NCBI GenBank assembly: GCA_031418215.1
Contig: JANOXC010000119.1
Coordinates: forward strand, 4,245 to 68,244
Origin: Bacteroidota bacterium
Lineage (GTDB): Bacteria > Bacteroidota > Bacteroidia > AKYH767-A > OLB10
Length of the DNA: 64,000 nucleotides
Direction: 5' to 3'
Position numbers and translations under genes: made by a program. Positions 25,634 to 37,079 of this stretch are shown one piece after another. The first letter of the stretch is position 1; every line of letters begins with the position of its first letter. The notes beneath the pieces were generated by a model. The model saw only the letters and a program-made list of their open reading frames with translations. It was not told the origin of the DNA and did not search any database.

Positions 25634-27858
25634 TTTGCCAAGGCATTATCATAAGGCTCCTTGAATTCAGCAATTGAACCAATGTTATTACCATCAATGA
25701 TAATACTTCCATTTGTCACTTCACCCAAATTAATAAAATCGACATCATCAGCGGCTAACACTTCCACAAAATCATCCAACTGTTCACTGCTAACAGTAAC
25801 TACTACCCTGCTTTGTGATTCACCAAATAAGAATGCATCCTTACGAATTTCATCATCACAGTCAATGGAAAAACCGAGGTTTCTATGCATGGCACTTTCC
25901 AACAAAGTGGTGATCAATCCGCCATCTGAAACATCATGTGCTGATTGAATTAACTGCTCTCGAATAAGTGATTGTACTGTCTTTTGCACATCAAACTCCT
26001 CATCAAGATTTAGATATGGCGCTGGCGAATTTTTAACTCCACAATAAGAAAATAAATATTCCGATGCATTAATATCACTATGCGAGGAGCCTATTAAAAA
26101 AACATGATCCCCGGCATTTTTAAAATCCAAGGTCATCACTTTACTCTTATCATGTACAATGCCCACCATTCCAATTGTTGGTGTTGGAAAAATGGGAACT
26201 TCACCAGATTCATTTTTTGACTGATTGTAAAAACTTACATTTCCACCTGTAACCGGTGTTGCAAATTTCAAACAAGCCTTGCTCATTCCTTTAATGGCAT
26301 GCACAAACTGCCAATAAACTTCGGGGTTATATGGATTACCAAAATTCAAACAGTTAGTAACAGCTGATGGATCGCCGCCGGCACAAACAATATTTCTTGC
26401 GGCTTCAGCCACTGCAATAGCACATCCCTGTTCTGGATCAGCATGCACATAGCGTGAATTACAATCAACCGTTAATGCCAATGCTTTATGCGTTCCCCTT
26501 ACTTCAACTACAGCAGCATCGCTCATTCTATTGGTAGTCATGTTGATTGCTCCAACCATGCTGTCGTATTGATTATACACCCAACGTTTAGAACAAATAT
26601 TCGGATGCGAAATAAGATGCAGCATCACAGCTTTGATATTTTCAGGCTGTTTCACACTGTTTAAATCAAATGCCTGATTTTGTTTTATATATAAAGGCTC
26701 TTTGTATTCCCTTGTATAAATTGGGGCACCGCCACCTAAAACAAGGCTATCAGCATGTACATCAGCAATTAATTCATCATACATATAAAAATGCAACCGC
26801 TCGCCATTTGTTACCTCACCTATTTGCGTACAATTTAAATCCCATTTTTCGAAAACCTGCTTTACTTCTTGCTCCATTCCTTTCTTCACCACAACAAGCA
26901 TTCTTTCCTGCGATTCACTCAACAAGATTTCCCAACCTTTCATATTAACCTGACGCGTTGGTACCTGATTCAAATTGATCTTCATCCCATGCTTACCTTT
27001 CGCACTCATTTCAGAAGTGGAACAAATAATACCTGCTGCACCCATATCCTGCATACCGATTACTGCACCGGTTTTAATAACTTCTAATGTTGCTTCCAAC
27101 AATAATTTTTCCATGAATGGATCTCCAACCTGTACTGAAGGAAGGTCTTCGTGTGAATGATCATGCAAATCACCGGAAGCAAAAGTGGCACCATGAATAC
27201 CATCTTTTCCCGTAGAGGAACCTACTATAAAAACAGGATTTCCGGCTCCATAAGAAATTGCAGACACTGTTTTCCCTTCTTCAACAAGACCAACAGACAT
27301 TGCATTCACCAATATGTTAACGTTAAAACAATCATCAAAAAATACTTCACCGCCAACGGTAGGAACACCAAATGCATTTCCATAATCGCCAATACCTTTC
27401 ACCACGCCGCGCATCAGCCATTTGGTACGTTCTAAATCAATATTTCCGAATCGCAATGAATTTAATTGCGCTATCGGACGGGCACCCATCGTAAAAATGT
27501 CACGATTAATGCCTCCTACACCTGTTGCAGCACCCTGGTAAGGCTCAATTGCAGAAGGATGATTGTGTGATTCAATCTTGAAAGCGCAAGCCAATCCATC
27601 TCCAATAGCAACAAGACCGGCATTTTCCTCTCCTGCTTTAGCCAAAAGATGTGGGCCATCTTTAGGCAGCGTTTTTAACCAAGAGATGGAGTTTTTGTAA
27701 GAACAATGCTCACTCCACATCACAGAATAAATGCTTAATTCTGTAAAATTAGGCGTGCGGCCGAGGATCTCCTTAATTTTTTCAAACTCCTCATTTAAGA
27801 GCCCGAGTTTTGCTGCTGTTTCGAAATTTACTGCCTGATCTTGTGCTGTAAGACTCAT
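25609..27858 (-). CDS. purL: Phosphoribosylformylglycinamidine synthase subunit PurL (small type)
   Basis: [38 protein letters not shown] and SESQERM motifs; TATTTTTG box at 27960-27967 (minus). Confidence 0.97.
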   Translation of the reverse strand: MSLTAQDQAVNFETAAKLGLLNEEFEKIKEILGRTPNFTELSIYSVMWSEHCSYKNSISWLKTLPKDGPHLLAKAGEENAGLVAIGDGLACAFKIESHNHPSAIEPYQGAATGVGGINRDIFTMGARPIAQLNSLRFGNIDLERTKWLMRGVVKGIGDYGNAFGVPTVGGEVFFDDCFNVNILVNAMSVGLVEEGKTVSAISYGAGNPVFIVGSSTGKDGIHGATFASGDLHDHSHEDLPSVQVGDPFMEKLLLEATLEVIKTGAVIGMQDMGAAGIICSTSEMSAKGKHGMKINLNQVPTRQVNMKGWEILLSESQERMLVVVKKGMEQEVKQVFEKWDLNCTQIGEVTNGERLHFYMYDELIADVHADSLVLGGGAPIYTREYKEPLYIKQNQAFDLNSVKQPENIKAVMLHLISHPNICSKRWVYNQYDSMVGAINMTTNRMSDAAVVEVRGTHKALALTVDCNSRYVHADPEQGCAIAVAEAARNIVCAGGDPSAVTNCLNFGNPYNPEVYWQFVHAIKGMSKACLKFATPVTGGNVSFYNQSKNESGEVPIFPTPTIGMVGIVHDKSKVMTLDFKNAGDHVFLIGSSHSDINASEYLFSYCGVKNSPAPYLNLDEEFDVQKTVQSLIREQLIQSAHDVSDGGLITTLLESAMHRNLGFSIDCDDEIRKDAFLFGESQSRVVVTVSSEQLDDFVEVLAADDVDFINLGEVTNGSIIIDGNNIGSIAEFKEPYDNALANKMTTDFS

Positions 27859-28010
27859 AGAATGACTAGATTACTATTAATTATGTTAGTTAATTATTGA
27901 TGGAAAAGTCCAATTCGTTTTTCCACAGATTGAAGCTGTCAGCAGAGACAATTCACCTGCAAAAATAGCTTTTCTAAACGCCAACAAAAGCTTTGTTGAA
28001 AGAAAGATGA

Positions 28011-28018
28011 TACCTTTG
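28011..28018 (+). promoter_or_regulatory. -7 promoter element (TACCTTTG) for the 28036-35215 same-strand cluster
   Basis: Matches TAnnTTTG 17 nt before the ATG at 28036, with TTTG/TTG motifs upstream. Confidence 0.55.
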
Positions 28019-28035
28019 GCTTCTTACACCAAATT

Positions 28036-29343
28036 ATGCTTGAAACCGCACTATCAATCGGTTATATTAGTTTCTTTTTTTGGATCATCGGCAAATCTTC
28101 TTTTTTCCAAACCAATGAAGTTTCAAAGAAGTCTTTTAAATGGCTATTTCTTCTGAAACTAGCAGCAGGTTTTGCGCTCTTTTTGGTTTACACACGCTTT
28201 TATCCCGATAGAAAATATGCTGATATTTTCAGATACTATGACGATAGCGGAATAATATTTAAGTCAGCATTTTCAAAGCCTTTTGATTTCTTCCGTATGC
28301 TGACAGGCTATCATCAAAACGACAAGGACCTGATGGTATATTACAATGCCATGCACAACTGGTTTAACAGTGAAATGGTTTTTAATGATGCAAGGACAAT
28401 GATTCGGCTAAATGTATTATTCCGTTTTTTTAGTGTTGGCACCTATTATCCACACGGTATTTTCTTTTGTTTTATGGCGTTTACTGGTCTAACAGGATTG
28501 TTTAAAGTTGCTGCAAAAGAAATTAAAGAAAGAAATATACTTTTGCTACTGGCAATATTTTGTATGCCCTCTGTATTATTCTGGACATCAGGTGTAATTA
28601 AAGAATCCTTTCTGGTATTTGCCATCGGACTGATGATATATTTCGTAAACAGCATTGTTGAAAAACAGGGTAATAACATCAAAAACATTATTGGTGCAGC
28701 AGTAAGCATGTTTTGTTTGTTGAATATTAAATCATATGTCTTTTTTGCGTTACTTCCCGGACTCGTGGCTTATTTTTGGGTTAAGAAATACAGCAATAAA
28801 GCGTTTTGGAAATTTTCATTCGTTCATCTTTTATATCTCATTACTTTATATAATCTCTCAACTTCCTTTACACATCATCCTGTCCCTCAATTGCTGGCAG
28901 ATAAGCAACAGGAGTTTAACAACCTGGCTCAAAAAGAACAGGCTAAAAGTTTAATTCATCTTCCGGAAATTAAACCTGAATTAGCAAGTGTATTGCACAA
29001 TGCACCAAATGCATTTATTGTAACTCTTTTAAGACCTCACTTATTGGAAGCACATAATAGTATGATGTTGCTTTCCGCAATAGAAAATCTTCTGATCTTT
29101 TTGTTGATTTTAATTAATCTGCTACTTCTTTTAAAAAGGAAGATTAATAATTTAAGTATTACTCCCATAATATTACTATCTATTTTTTTTGTCATCATTA
29201 CCTTCTGCCTGATTGGACTTGTAACACCTGTTTTAGGAGCAGTTGTACGGTATAAGGTTGCTGCATTACCCTTTTTAATGCTGCTGTTATTTTACCAGGA
29301 AAGATGGAAAAAACCATTGAAATTGTTTACTCCAAATAAATAA
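28036..29343 (+). CDS. Polytopic membrane protein, GT-C/Wzy-like (paralogue 1)
   Basis: About 10 hydrophobic segments; acidic loop after the early TM helices (YADIFRYYDD); PSVLFWTSGVIKE and TPVLGAVVRYK. Confidence 0.6.
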   Translation: MLETALSIGYISFFFWIIGKSSFFQTNEVSKKSFKWLFLLKLAAGFALFLVYTRFYPDRKYADIFRYYDDSGIIFKSAFSKPFDFFRMLTGYHQNDKDLMVYYNAMHNWFNSEMVFNDARTMIRLNVLFRFFSVGTYYPHGIFFCFMAFTGLTGLFKVAAKEIKERNILLLLAIFCMPSVLFWTSGVIKESFLVFAIGLMIYFVNSIVEKQGNNIKNIIGAAVSMFCLLNIKSYVFFALLPGLVAYFWVKKYSNKAFWKFSFVHLLYLITLYNLSTSFTHHPVPQLLADKQQEFNNLAQKEQAKSLIHLPEIKPELASVLHNAPNAFIVTLLRPHLLEAHNSMMLLSAIENLLIFLLILINLLLLLKRKINNLSITPIILLSIFFVIITFCLIGLVTPVLGAVVRYKVAALPFLMLLLFYQERWKKPLKLFTPNK

Positions 29344-29348
29344 AACAA

Positions 29349-30629
29349 ATGGAATGGATGCTTTTTATATTTTACTTTCTACTATTTCTCTACCTATTAA
29401 AGAAATGGAACTTTTTTAATAACACGTTACAATTTCCACTATTAGCTGCTATTTTTATTATTAAAATTGCTGCAGGAGCATTTATAGCTTTTATATATAG
29501 TCATTTTTATAAGGATGGCGATACTTATAGCTTAATGAAAGATGTAAACCTCATTTTTGGCACACTTTCAAATAACCCATCGATTTACTTCCAATTTATC
29601 ACAGGTCTGGAAATTGATAAGGATGCTTTTTCATATTATTATCAGCATTTTAAATCCATTAATGTAATTGATTTTAATAAGTCTTTCAAAGACCCTTTGA
29701 TTATGTTAAGATTCAATTCCTTTTTATGCATTTTCACATTTGGCTATTATTATGTGCAATTACTTTTCATGTGTTTATTTTCTATGATAGGACTGACAGC
29801 CTTGTATAAAACCGCTTTAAAAATTTCCGGTTGCAATGAATGGTTATTAATTACTGCTTGTTTCGGTATTCCATCAGTGTTGGCATGGGGATCATCAGTA
29901 TTAAAGGAACCTATGATACTTTTCTTATTGGGAACAATGATTTTTAGCTTTTACAATTGGCTGGGTGAAGGAAAAAAAACAAACGGTTTCCTTTTTATTG
30001 CAACAGGATTACTGCTCTTCGGAATGAAACCGTACATAGCAATTAGTTTGTTACCTGGTATGGTGGCATGGTGGATTTATTCGAAAAGAAAAAATCATCT
30101 CACATTAACTATTCTGGCAACTTACCTGTTGTTCTTTCTAGGAGCAATCATACTAAGTAATATTAGTATCAGATTAAACATCTTCCGCCTTCTTAATGAT
30201 CAGCAGATTATTTATATGAAGAATGCAGTATTTTATCCAGCCAATAGTTTGGTAGAACTTATTCCTTTCGCTCCAAGCCCTGTTAGTGTTGTAAGAAGAA
30301 TCCCCGATGGATTATTAATGTCATTAACAAGACCTTATTTTAGCGAATGCAAAAACAAACTGCAACAATTATCCGCTTTGGAAAACTGGATGATACTGGC
30401 ATTTATAGGTTTTCTACTGTTTAAGTTAGATATTAAGAAATTACACGCAAATCCATTAGCTCAACTTTCAATCATTTCAGGCCTTCTTATTTTAGTGATT
30501 GCTGCATACACAACACCTGTGTTGGGAACACTTGTCAGGATTAAAATGCCCGGTGTTTTACTATTACTATTTGGCTTGGCTGCAGGCAGTAAAATTTCTA
30601 AAATCAACTTCACAAAAGCAATAAAATGA
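29349..30629 (+). CDS. Polytopic membrane protein, GT-C/Wzy-like (paralogue 2)
   Basis: Collinear with paralogue 1: DGDTY, PSVLAWGSSVLKE, TPVLGTLVRIK. Confidence 0.6.
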   Translation: MEWMLFIFYFLLFLYLLKKWNFFNNTLQFPLLAAIFIIKIAAGAFIAFIYSHFYKDGDTYSLMKDVNLIFGTLSNNPSIYFQFITGLEIDKDAFSYYYQHFKSINVIDFNKSFKDPLIMLRFNSFLCIFTFGYYYVQLLFMCLFSMIGLTALYKTALKISGCNEWLLITACFGIPSVLAWGSSVLKEPMILFLLGTMIFSFYNWLGEGKKTNGFLFIATGLLLFGMKPYIAISLLPGMVAWWIYSKRKNHLTLTILATYLLFFLGAIILSNISIRLNIFRLLNDQQIIYMKNAVFYPANSLVELIPFAPSPVSVVRRIPDGLLMSLTRPYFSECKNKLQQLSALENWMILAFIGFLLFKLDIKKLHANPLAQLSIISGLLILVIAAYTTPVLGTLVRIKMPGVLLLLFGLAAGSKISKINFTKAIK

Positions 30630-30674
30630 CATTATGCTATTTTAGTTTTACTTTGTAAACAGCAACCATCTCCT

Positions 30675-32621
30675 ATGAACCTATTTCGCAAAAAATCAGT
30701 ACAGTCTATTTTAGACCGCGTTTCAAAGGATGAATCAGGGTCAACCCATAAATTAAGTAAACATTTAGGTGTACGCGATTTAACAGCGATGGGCATTGCT
30801 GCTATTATTGGTGCAGGTATTTTTAGCACAATAGGACAGGCTAGTGCTGATGGAGGCCCGGGAGTCGTTTTATTGTTTTTATTTACTGCTGTCGCTTGTA
30901 GTTTCGCAGCCTTTTGTTATGCTGAATTTGCCAGTATGGTCCCCGTTTCAGGAAGTGCCTATACCTATTCCTATGTTGCGTTTGGTGAAATGTTAGCATG
31001 GATCATTGGATGGGCTTTAATAATGGAATATGGAATCGGAAATATTACTGTTGCAATATCTTGGAGTGATTATTTTACCGGTTTGTTAGAGATTATACGA
31101 ATACCACCTATTTGCCCAAATGGAATTCATTTACCGGCATGGTCAACAATGGATTTTTTGTCTGCACACAATGGTTATAAAAAGGCAGACCTTCTTATGC
31201 ATAGTGGTAAGCCATTTAATAGTCTTGATTCAAATCTGCAAACAGCTTTTATTGCCTGGACAACTGCTCCAACTTTAGGTTTTTTCCATTTTGTTGCCGA
31301 CATCCCTGCATTACTCATCATCATTTTCATAACCGGTTTGGTTTACAGAGGAATTAAAGAATCAAAAAATGCAACCAATGTAATGGTGATTGTAAAATTG
31401 TCAATAGTACTATTGGTGATTGCCGTTGGTGTTTTTTATGTAGACACTTCCAATTGGAATCCATTTTTACCCAATGGAATTTCAGGTGTACTGAAAGGAG
31501 TTTCCGCCGTGTTCTTCGCTTACATCGGATTTGATGCTATTTCCACTACAGCTGAGGAATGTAAAAACCCTCAACGCGATCTGCCTCGTGGTATGATGTG
31601 GGCCATCATTATATGCACCTTTTTATATATCGTTATTGCGCTGGTGCTTACCGGAATGGTTAAGTACAATTTACTAGCCGTTGGCGACCCGCTGGCATTT
31701 GTATTCCACAAATTAAATCTAACCTGGATGAGCGGCATCATTGCAGTTAGTGCAATCTTTGCGATGGCCAGTGTATTATTAGTTTTCCAGTTGGGACAAC
31801 CGCGCATCTGGATGAGTATGAGCCGTGATGGTCTATTACCTAAACAATTTGCAAAAGTTCATCCTAAATTTCACACTCCATCCTTTGCTACAATTGTAAC
31901 AGGATTTGTTGTTGCTGTACCGGCTCTGTTTTTAAATTTAACTATTGTTACTGACTTATGCAGTATTGGAACTTTATTCGCCTTTGTACTTGTATGCGGT
32001 GGCGTACTCATGCTACAAAATAAAAAAGACTTGCCTCGCGGAAAATTTCGCACTCCTTATTTCAATGGTGCTATTTTTATTCCGCTCCTTTCAATAACAA
32101 TTTTGCTTTATCTATTTAATTTTCAGCGTACCTCGGTAACCGATTTTATTTTGAATAAACCAGTTCCGATTAACAGCAGTAAACTGGTATCCATAATGGA
32201 TAAAAATGAAATTGATCAGTTAAAATTATATATAATTTCAAATGATAAGGAAGGTCTGCTTGAGGCAGGCAACGATGTAGAAGCTTACATCACCTCCATG
32301 CAAGCCGATCAGTTTTCATCATTTGTATACAAGGCCAAAATCGATCCTGATAAATTAACCAGCAAAGGATGGCAACTATTTAAATACAAAATTCCTATGT
32401 GGATATTTATTATCGTTTGCTTGGTGCTTACTGTACTTTCAATATTAAATAAATTATCCGTCATCCCTGTTTTAGGAGTAGTCAGTTGCCTATATATGAT
32501 GGCGCAGATTGAATTAAAAAACTGGATTGGATTTACCATATGGTTAATTATTGGTCTGCTAATTTATTTCTTATATAGTTACAAAAACAGCAAGTTAAAT
32601 ATTCAACAAAGTGGTAGTTGA
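30675..32621 (+). CDS. APC-family amino acid permease
   Basis: GIAAIIGAGIF, YAEFASMVPVSGSAYTY and FFAYIGFDAISTTAEE motifs. Confidence 0.95.
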   Translation: MNLFRKKSVQSILDRVSKDESGSTHKLSKHLGVRDLTAMGIAAIIGAGIFSTIGQASADGGPGVVLLFLFTAVACSFAAFCYAEFASMVPVSGSAYTYSYVAFGEMLAWIIGWALIMEYGIGNITVAISWSDYFTGLLEIIRIPPICPNGIHLPAWSTMDFLSAHNGYKKADLLMHSGKPFNSLDSNLQTAFIAWTTAPTLGFFHFVADIPALLIIIFITGLVYRGIKESKNATNVMVIVKLSIVLLVIAVGVFYVDTSNWNPFLPNGISGVLKGVSAVFFAYIGFDAISTTAEECKNPQRDLPRGMMWAIIICTFLYIVIALVLTGMVKYNLLAVGDPLAFVFHKLNLTWMSGIIAVSAIFAMASVLLVFQLGQPRIWMSMSRDGLLPKQFAKVHPKFHTPSFATIVTGFVVAVPALFLNLTIVTDLCSIGTLFAFVLVCGGVLMLQNKKDLPRGKFRTPYFNGAIFIPLLSITILLYLFNFQRTSVTDFILNKPVPINSSKLVSIMDKNEIDQLKLYIISNDKEGLLEAGNDVEAYITSMQADQFSSFVYKAKIDPDKLTSKGWQLFKYKIPMWIFIIVCLVLTVLSILNKLSVIPVLGVVSCLYMMAQIELKNWIGFTIWLIIGLLIYFLYSYKNSKLNIQQSGS

Positions 32622-32649
32622 AATTGCCAATTCCAGTTTAAAAAAATAA

Positions 32650-32713
32650 TTTCAAACCACTTAACTGTCAAACTAAAAACCAGAAACTTTAAACCTTAAA
32701 CCTTTAAACTTAA
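32650..32713. repeat. Degenerate TTAAACC/TTCAAAC heptamer tract
   Basis: Shares the 18-mer AAACTTTAAACCTTAAAC (32684-32701) with 24806-24823. Confidence 0.7.
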
Positions 32714-33481
32714 ATGAAAATCGTTTTAGTTACCGGTGCAACATCCGGATTTGGAAAAGCCATTGCATTAAAATTTGCGCAGCACGGGTTCAGTGTCATT
32801 ATCACCGGAAGAAGAACAGAAAAGCTGGCTGCTTTAGAAGATGAAATTAAGCAAACCTTTGAAACGAAGGTTTTTACACTACCATTTGATGTTCGAGATA
32901 AAAAAGCTGTAAACAATGCGCTTAATTCATTACCTCATGATTGGAAAAAAATTGATGTCTTGGTCAACAATGCCGGACTTGCACAGGGGCTTTCTACTTT
33001 TCAAGATGGAGATATCGAAGATTGGGACACCATGATCGACACTAATATTAAAGGGTTGTTGTATGTTTCAAGAGTCATAATGCCTTGGATGGTAGAACAA
33101 AAACAGGGGCATATTATCAATATCAGTTCCATTGCCGGAAAAGAAGCTTATGCAAAAGGAAATGTCTATTGCGCAACTAAGCATGCCGTTGACGCAATCT
33201 CCAAATCAATGCGTATTGATCTTTTGCCTTATGGCATTAAAGTGACTGCCATCAATCCGGGTGCAGCAGAAACAGAATTTTCGATTGCGCGTTTCAAAGG
33301 TGATGCTGAGAGAGCGAAAAGCGTTTATCAGGGCTATGAACCTTTGCATGCAGAAGACATCGCTGAAGTGGCTTATTTTGCCGCCAGCAGACCGGCTAAT
33401 GTTGTATTGAATGATATTACAATTACGCCATTGGCTCAAGCAAACACATCGCATCTTATTAGAAAGGAAGTGAAGAGTTAA
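32714..33481 (+). CDS. SDR family NAD(P)-dependent oxidoreductase (YdfG-like)
   Basis: TGATSGFG, NNAGLAQG, YCATK and PGAAETEF motifs. Confidence 0.93.
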   Translation: MKIVLVTGATSGFGKAIALKFAQHGFSVIITGRRTEKLAALEDEIKQTFETKVFTLPFDVRDKKAVNNALNSLPHDWKKIDVLVNNAGLAQGLSTFQDGDIEDWDTMIDTNIKGLLYVSRVIMPWMVEQKQGHIINISSIAGKEAYAKGNVYCATKHAVDAISKSMRIDLLPYGIKVTAINPGAAETEFSIARFKGDAERAKSVYQGYEPLHAEDIAEVAYFAASRPANVVLNDITITPLAQANTSHLIRKEVKS

Positions 33482-33506
33482 GGAGAAACTTATCGTAGTT
33501 GGTAAT

Positions 33507-33541
33507 AATATTGAATATTGAATATTAAATATTAAATATTG
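33507..33541. repeat. (AATATTR)5 heptamer tandem repeat
   Basis: AATATTG AATATTG AATATTA AATATTA AATATTG. Confidence 0.85.
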
Positions 33542-33595
33542 AAATCTGTTCATTGCCACTGACGATACAAATTAATTTTGCCAATTGTAAATTGA

Positions 33596-35215
33596 ATGAA
33601 AATACATCAAGTTATATATATATTTCTATTATTCACCTCTTGTCGGCAAAAACAGGAAGCTGATAGTATTTTTTATAATGGACATATATATACCGTTGAC
33701 AGCGCTTTCAGTAAAGCAGAAGCCTTTGCAATCAAGGATGGTAAAATTCTGGCTGTTGGAAGCAATATGGAAATGGAAAAGTTTTCCTGCAATAATAAAA
33801 TTGACCTCCAAGGAAAGTTTGTATTTCCCGGATTTATTGACGCACACTGTCATTTTTTTCATTATGGAATTGATCTAAAAAAAATAGTACTTTACGGCAC
33901 AAAATCATTTGAAGAAATTATTGATTCGCTTGTTGTAAATAAAAATAACCGATTCATGGGTTGGCTTTTTGCCCGTGGTTGGGATCAAAATGACTGGGTG
34001 GATCAATCTTATCCTGTTAAAACAAAACTCGATGAATTGTTTCCTGATGTTCCGGTTTTCCTGATGCGCATTGATGGCCATGCCGCTTTAGTGAATCAGA
34101 AAGCACTTGATATAGCAGGCATCACTGCCAATACAAAAGTTAATGGCGGCGAAGTTGTTCTCAAGAATGGAAAACCTACCGGATTACTAATTGACAATGC
34201 TGTTGATATTGTTAAAAATAAAATACCTGAGCCAACCCTTGCAACCCAGCAAGAGGCTTTGTTAAATGCTCAACAAAATTGTTTTGCCGTAGGTTTAACA
34301 ACGGTTGATGATGCAGGATTGGAGCTAAAAGAGATTAACCTAATACAGGACTTTCAAAAAGAAGGATTATTGAAGATGCGTATTTATGCAATGATCATGT
34401 ACAATTCAAAAAATGCTGATTACTTCTTTAAGCACGGCAAAATCAAAACAGAAAGACTTAATGCTTGTTCCTTTAAAATATATGCAGATGGTGCTTTAGG
34501 TTCTCGGGGAGCAGCACTTTTACAATCTTATAGTGATCAGCCCAATCATAATGGATTTTTGTTACAAAATACGGACTCTCTCCTTATTGCGGCTAAGGAA
34601 ATTGCAGCCCATGACTTTCAATTCAATACACATTGCATCGGCGATTCTGCCAATCGTTTAATGCTGCATTATTATCATGTAGCACTTAAAGGGAAAAAAA
34701 ATCAACGATGGAGGATTGAACATGCACAGGTTGTTGCTCCTGAAGATTTCAAATTGTTTAAAGAGTACGAAGTTATTCCATCGGTTCAGCCAACACATGC
34801 CACCAGTGATATGAATTGGGCTGATGAAAGACTTGGACCCATTCGGATCAAAAGCGCATATGCATACAAAAAGCTGCTGGGACAAAATAATATGATTGCA
34901 ACTGGTAGCGATTTCCCGGTAGAAGACATTAATCCGCTCTATGGTTTTTATGCAGCAGTTGTAAGAAAAGATAAAAACAATTTTCCACCAGAAGGATTTC
35001 AGATAGAGAATCGTCTCACAAGAGAAGAAGCGCTGAAAGCTATGACGATTTGGGCCGCTTATGCCAATTTTGAGGAATTAGAAAAAGGCAGTCTTGAAAA
35101 AAGCAAGTTTGCTGATTTTGTCGTACTTGAAAATGATATTATGAAATGCAATCCCGAAAATATTTATTCTGTAAAAGTATTACAAACCTATGTCAATGGA
35201 GAAAAAGTTTATTAG
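33596..35215 (+). CDS. Amidohydrolase-3 family (YtcJ-like) lipoprotein
   Basis: Lipobox-like FTSC; PGFIDAHCH, DGALGSRGA, HCIGD, RIEHAQ and GSDFP motifs. Confidence 0.9.
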   Translation: MKIHQVIYIFLLFTSCRQKQEADSIFYNGHIYTVDSAFSKAEAFAIKDGKILAVGSNMEMEKFSCNNKIDLQGKFVFPGFIDAHCHFFHYGIDLKKIVLYGTKSFEEIIDSLVVNKNNRFMGWLFARGWDQNDWVDQSYPVKTKLDELFPDVPVFLMRIDGHAALVNQKALDIAGITANTKVNGGEVVLKNGKPTGLLIDNAVDIVKNKIPEPTLATQQEALLNAQQNCFAVGLTTVDDAGLELKEINLIQDFQKEGLLKMRIYAMIMYNSKNADYFFKHGKIKTERLNACSFKIYADGALGSRGAALLQSYSDQPNHNGFLLQNTDSLLIAAKEIAAHDFQFNTHCIGDSANRLMLHYYHVALKGKKNQRWRIEHAQVVAPEDFKLFKEYEVIPSVQPTHATSDMNWADERLGPIRIKSAYAYKKLLGQNNMIATGSDFPVEDINPLYGFYAAVVRKDKNNFPPEGFQIENRLTREEALKAMTIWAAYANFEELEKGSLEKSKFADFVVLENDIMKCNPENIYSVKVLQTYVNGEKVY

Positions 35216-35231
35216 GAAATAAAATGTAAGG

Positions 35232-36473
35232 CTATGGAAGTTCATCTATTTTCTCAATTAATAATAGCGTAGGCTTGAAGTCGACTCCGGATTTCTGACC
35301 TAGTTCCAAAGCATGCTCTGCTACCTTTTTTGCTTCGGCCTTTTTACCCATCTTTTGTTGAATAAATGCAAGATTGTAATTATGTTTATATATATCCAAA
35401 AGGACTACTGATTGTTTAGCCCAAACTTCTGCATTGGCAAGTAATAAAGTATCGTAGGATCTGTCGCACACTTCTTTGGCTACTTCACTCAATTTACGGG
35501 CGTCATCCATGCAATACTTTTCAATAAAGGATGGTGCGGCTTTAGCATACTCTGTATAATTTCCTTTGAGCCTAAGAACATTTAATTCAACATATGCTAA
35601 AATCTTTTGATTAATGTCCAAACCACTATTTAAAAGATTTTTTTTCAATAATGCAAATTTTACACTATCCAATTGTTGAGTTGCCTTCATCATTGATGAA
35701 TTATAAATGGCCATCATTTTCATGTTTACACTATCAGCAGTAAACTTTTTTTCGAAAGCCGGCTTATTCGCAATAAAAGTTTTCATTACAGGTTGCAAAG
35801 GGTCCAACAAAACATCCCATATTAAACGCCAGTTATCATTTTTGGTAAGGTCTTCAACCGGGACTTTTGAAAAGTAATCACTTAACTCCTTCTGACTGCT
35901 AATACCTGCTCGCTCTCTCATTATAAAATAAGTGCGGATTTGATCTGTCGTAGCAGTACCATCATTAAATTTCTTTTCAAATGTCCTATATTGTTTTTCA
36001 GGATTCATGGCATCTTTACCAAGCTGAAGCATTTCAGGGATTTTTTGTTCACCGGTTGTACGGTGTACAATGTTTCCGGATGCATCTAAAAAAAGCAATC
36101 CTGGATACTTGGTAATACGATAACTTCTTGCAAGTTCCTTTCCTTCTTTTTCCATATCTAGCTTAATGCAAACAAAGTTAGCATTGTAAAAAACGCCTAA
36201 AGCAGAATCAAGATACACAGTTTCAGCCATTGTTTTACAATGTCCGCACCAATCTGCAAAACCATGAAGGAAAACCATTTTATTTTCTTTCTTAGCCAAA
36301 CTCAGTGCTTCCTGAAAGGTAATATGACGAAACAAAATACCATTAATAGTATCAGCCTTAACTAAATTAGCAAAGTAAAACAGCGATATACAAGCGACTA
36401 CAATTTTTTTCATAATCCTTCTACTTATTAAATTATTTATTGTTTTCAAAGTTATGTTAATTGCTATTTTCAA
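35232..36473 (-). CDS. Thioredoxin-fold (CxxC) periplasmic protein with helical C-terminus (probable start 36413)
   Basis: FADWCGHCK; signal peptide beginning at MKKIVV. Confidence 0.85.
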   Translation of the reverse strand: MKIAINITLKTINNLISRRIMKKIVVACISLFYFANLVKADTINGILFRHITFQEALSLAKKENKMVFLHGFADWCGHCKTMAETVYLDSALGVFYNANFVCIKLDMEKEGKELARSYRITKYPGLLFLDASGNIVHRTTGEQKIPEMLQLGKDAMNPEKQYRTFEKKFNDGTATTDQIRTYFIMRERAGISSQKELSDYFSKVPVEDLTKNDNWRLIWDVLLDPLQPVMKTFIANKPAFEKKFTADSVNMKMMAIYNSSMMKATQQLDSVKFALLKKNLLNSGLDINQKILAYVELNVLRLKGNYTEYAKAAPSFIEKYCMDDARKLSEVAKEVCDRSYDTLLLANAEVWAKQSVVLLDIYKHNYNLAFIQQKMGKKAEAKKVAEHALELGQKSGVDFKPTLLLIEKIDELP

Positions 36474-36607
36474 GTATGAATTAAGTGTGAATGAAATTCA
36501 ACTATCAACTAAATAATTTTAACGAATTAGCTGGTTTTCAAGCATATATTTATATAGTTTGTATAAAAGCAAAGTTTGATTTTAAAAATTTTGCTCCCAG
36601 ATCTTGT

Positions 36608-37042
36608 CTATTTCCCACTAAAAAACATCATGGCTTTAGCCAACGCAAAGCAGAAAAAATGCAATTGCTCCTGCTTATTATCCGTTTCACCGTTTAGTGT
36701 TGCACGAAATTGATCCCATAAAGCTTCAGGGGCATCAGGCGTTGGAATGCAATAGTATTCAGGAGCACTTCTTACTTTTTGATAAACCAATATCACTGCA
36801 CAAGGACTTGTTTCTCCAACCCTGAATAATCCTTTGAACTCAGCTTTCCGTTCACCATATTCATAAGTCGCCAGATCCGAAACAGAGTATCCTCCTTTCA
36901 GATCCACCTTCATTGTCAATAACATTCTATATCCAATACTTCCAATCTTGTACTCCGCTTCTGTTGTTTGTTTTATCTGCGCCGAAGAAATATATCCTAA
37001 GCTTAAGAAAATTACAAGTAATATTATTTTAGTTTGTTTCAT
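36608..37042 (-). CDS. Hypothetical secreted protein
   Basis: 144-aa ORF with a signal peptide; no family recognised. Confidence 0.7.
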   Translation of the reverse strand: MKQTKIILLVIFLSLGYISSAQIKQTTEAEYKIGSIGYRMLLTMKVDLKGGYSVSDLATYEYGERKAEFKGLFRVGETSPCAVILVYQKVRSAPEYYCIPTPDAPEALWDQFRATLNGETDNKQEQLHFFCFALAKAMMFFSGK

Positions 37043-37079
37043 AACATTGATTTTAATTTTGCGAATTTAACGGATTGGT

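Noticed and set aside
25609-27858. purL without adjacent purQ/purS
   Set aside because: Scattered purine genes are ordinary in this phylum; partners are probably elsewhere.
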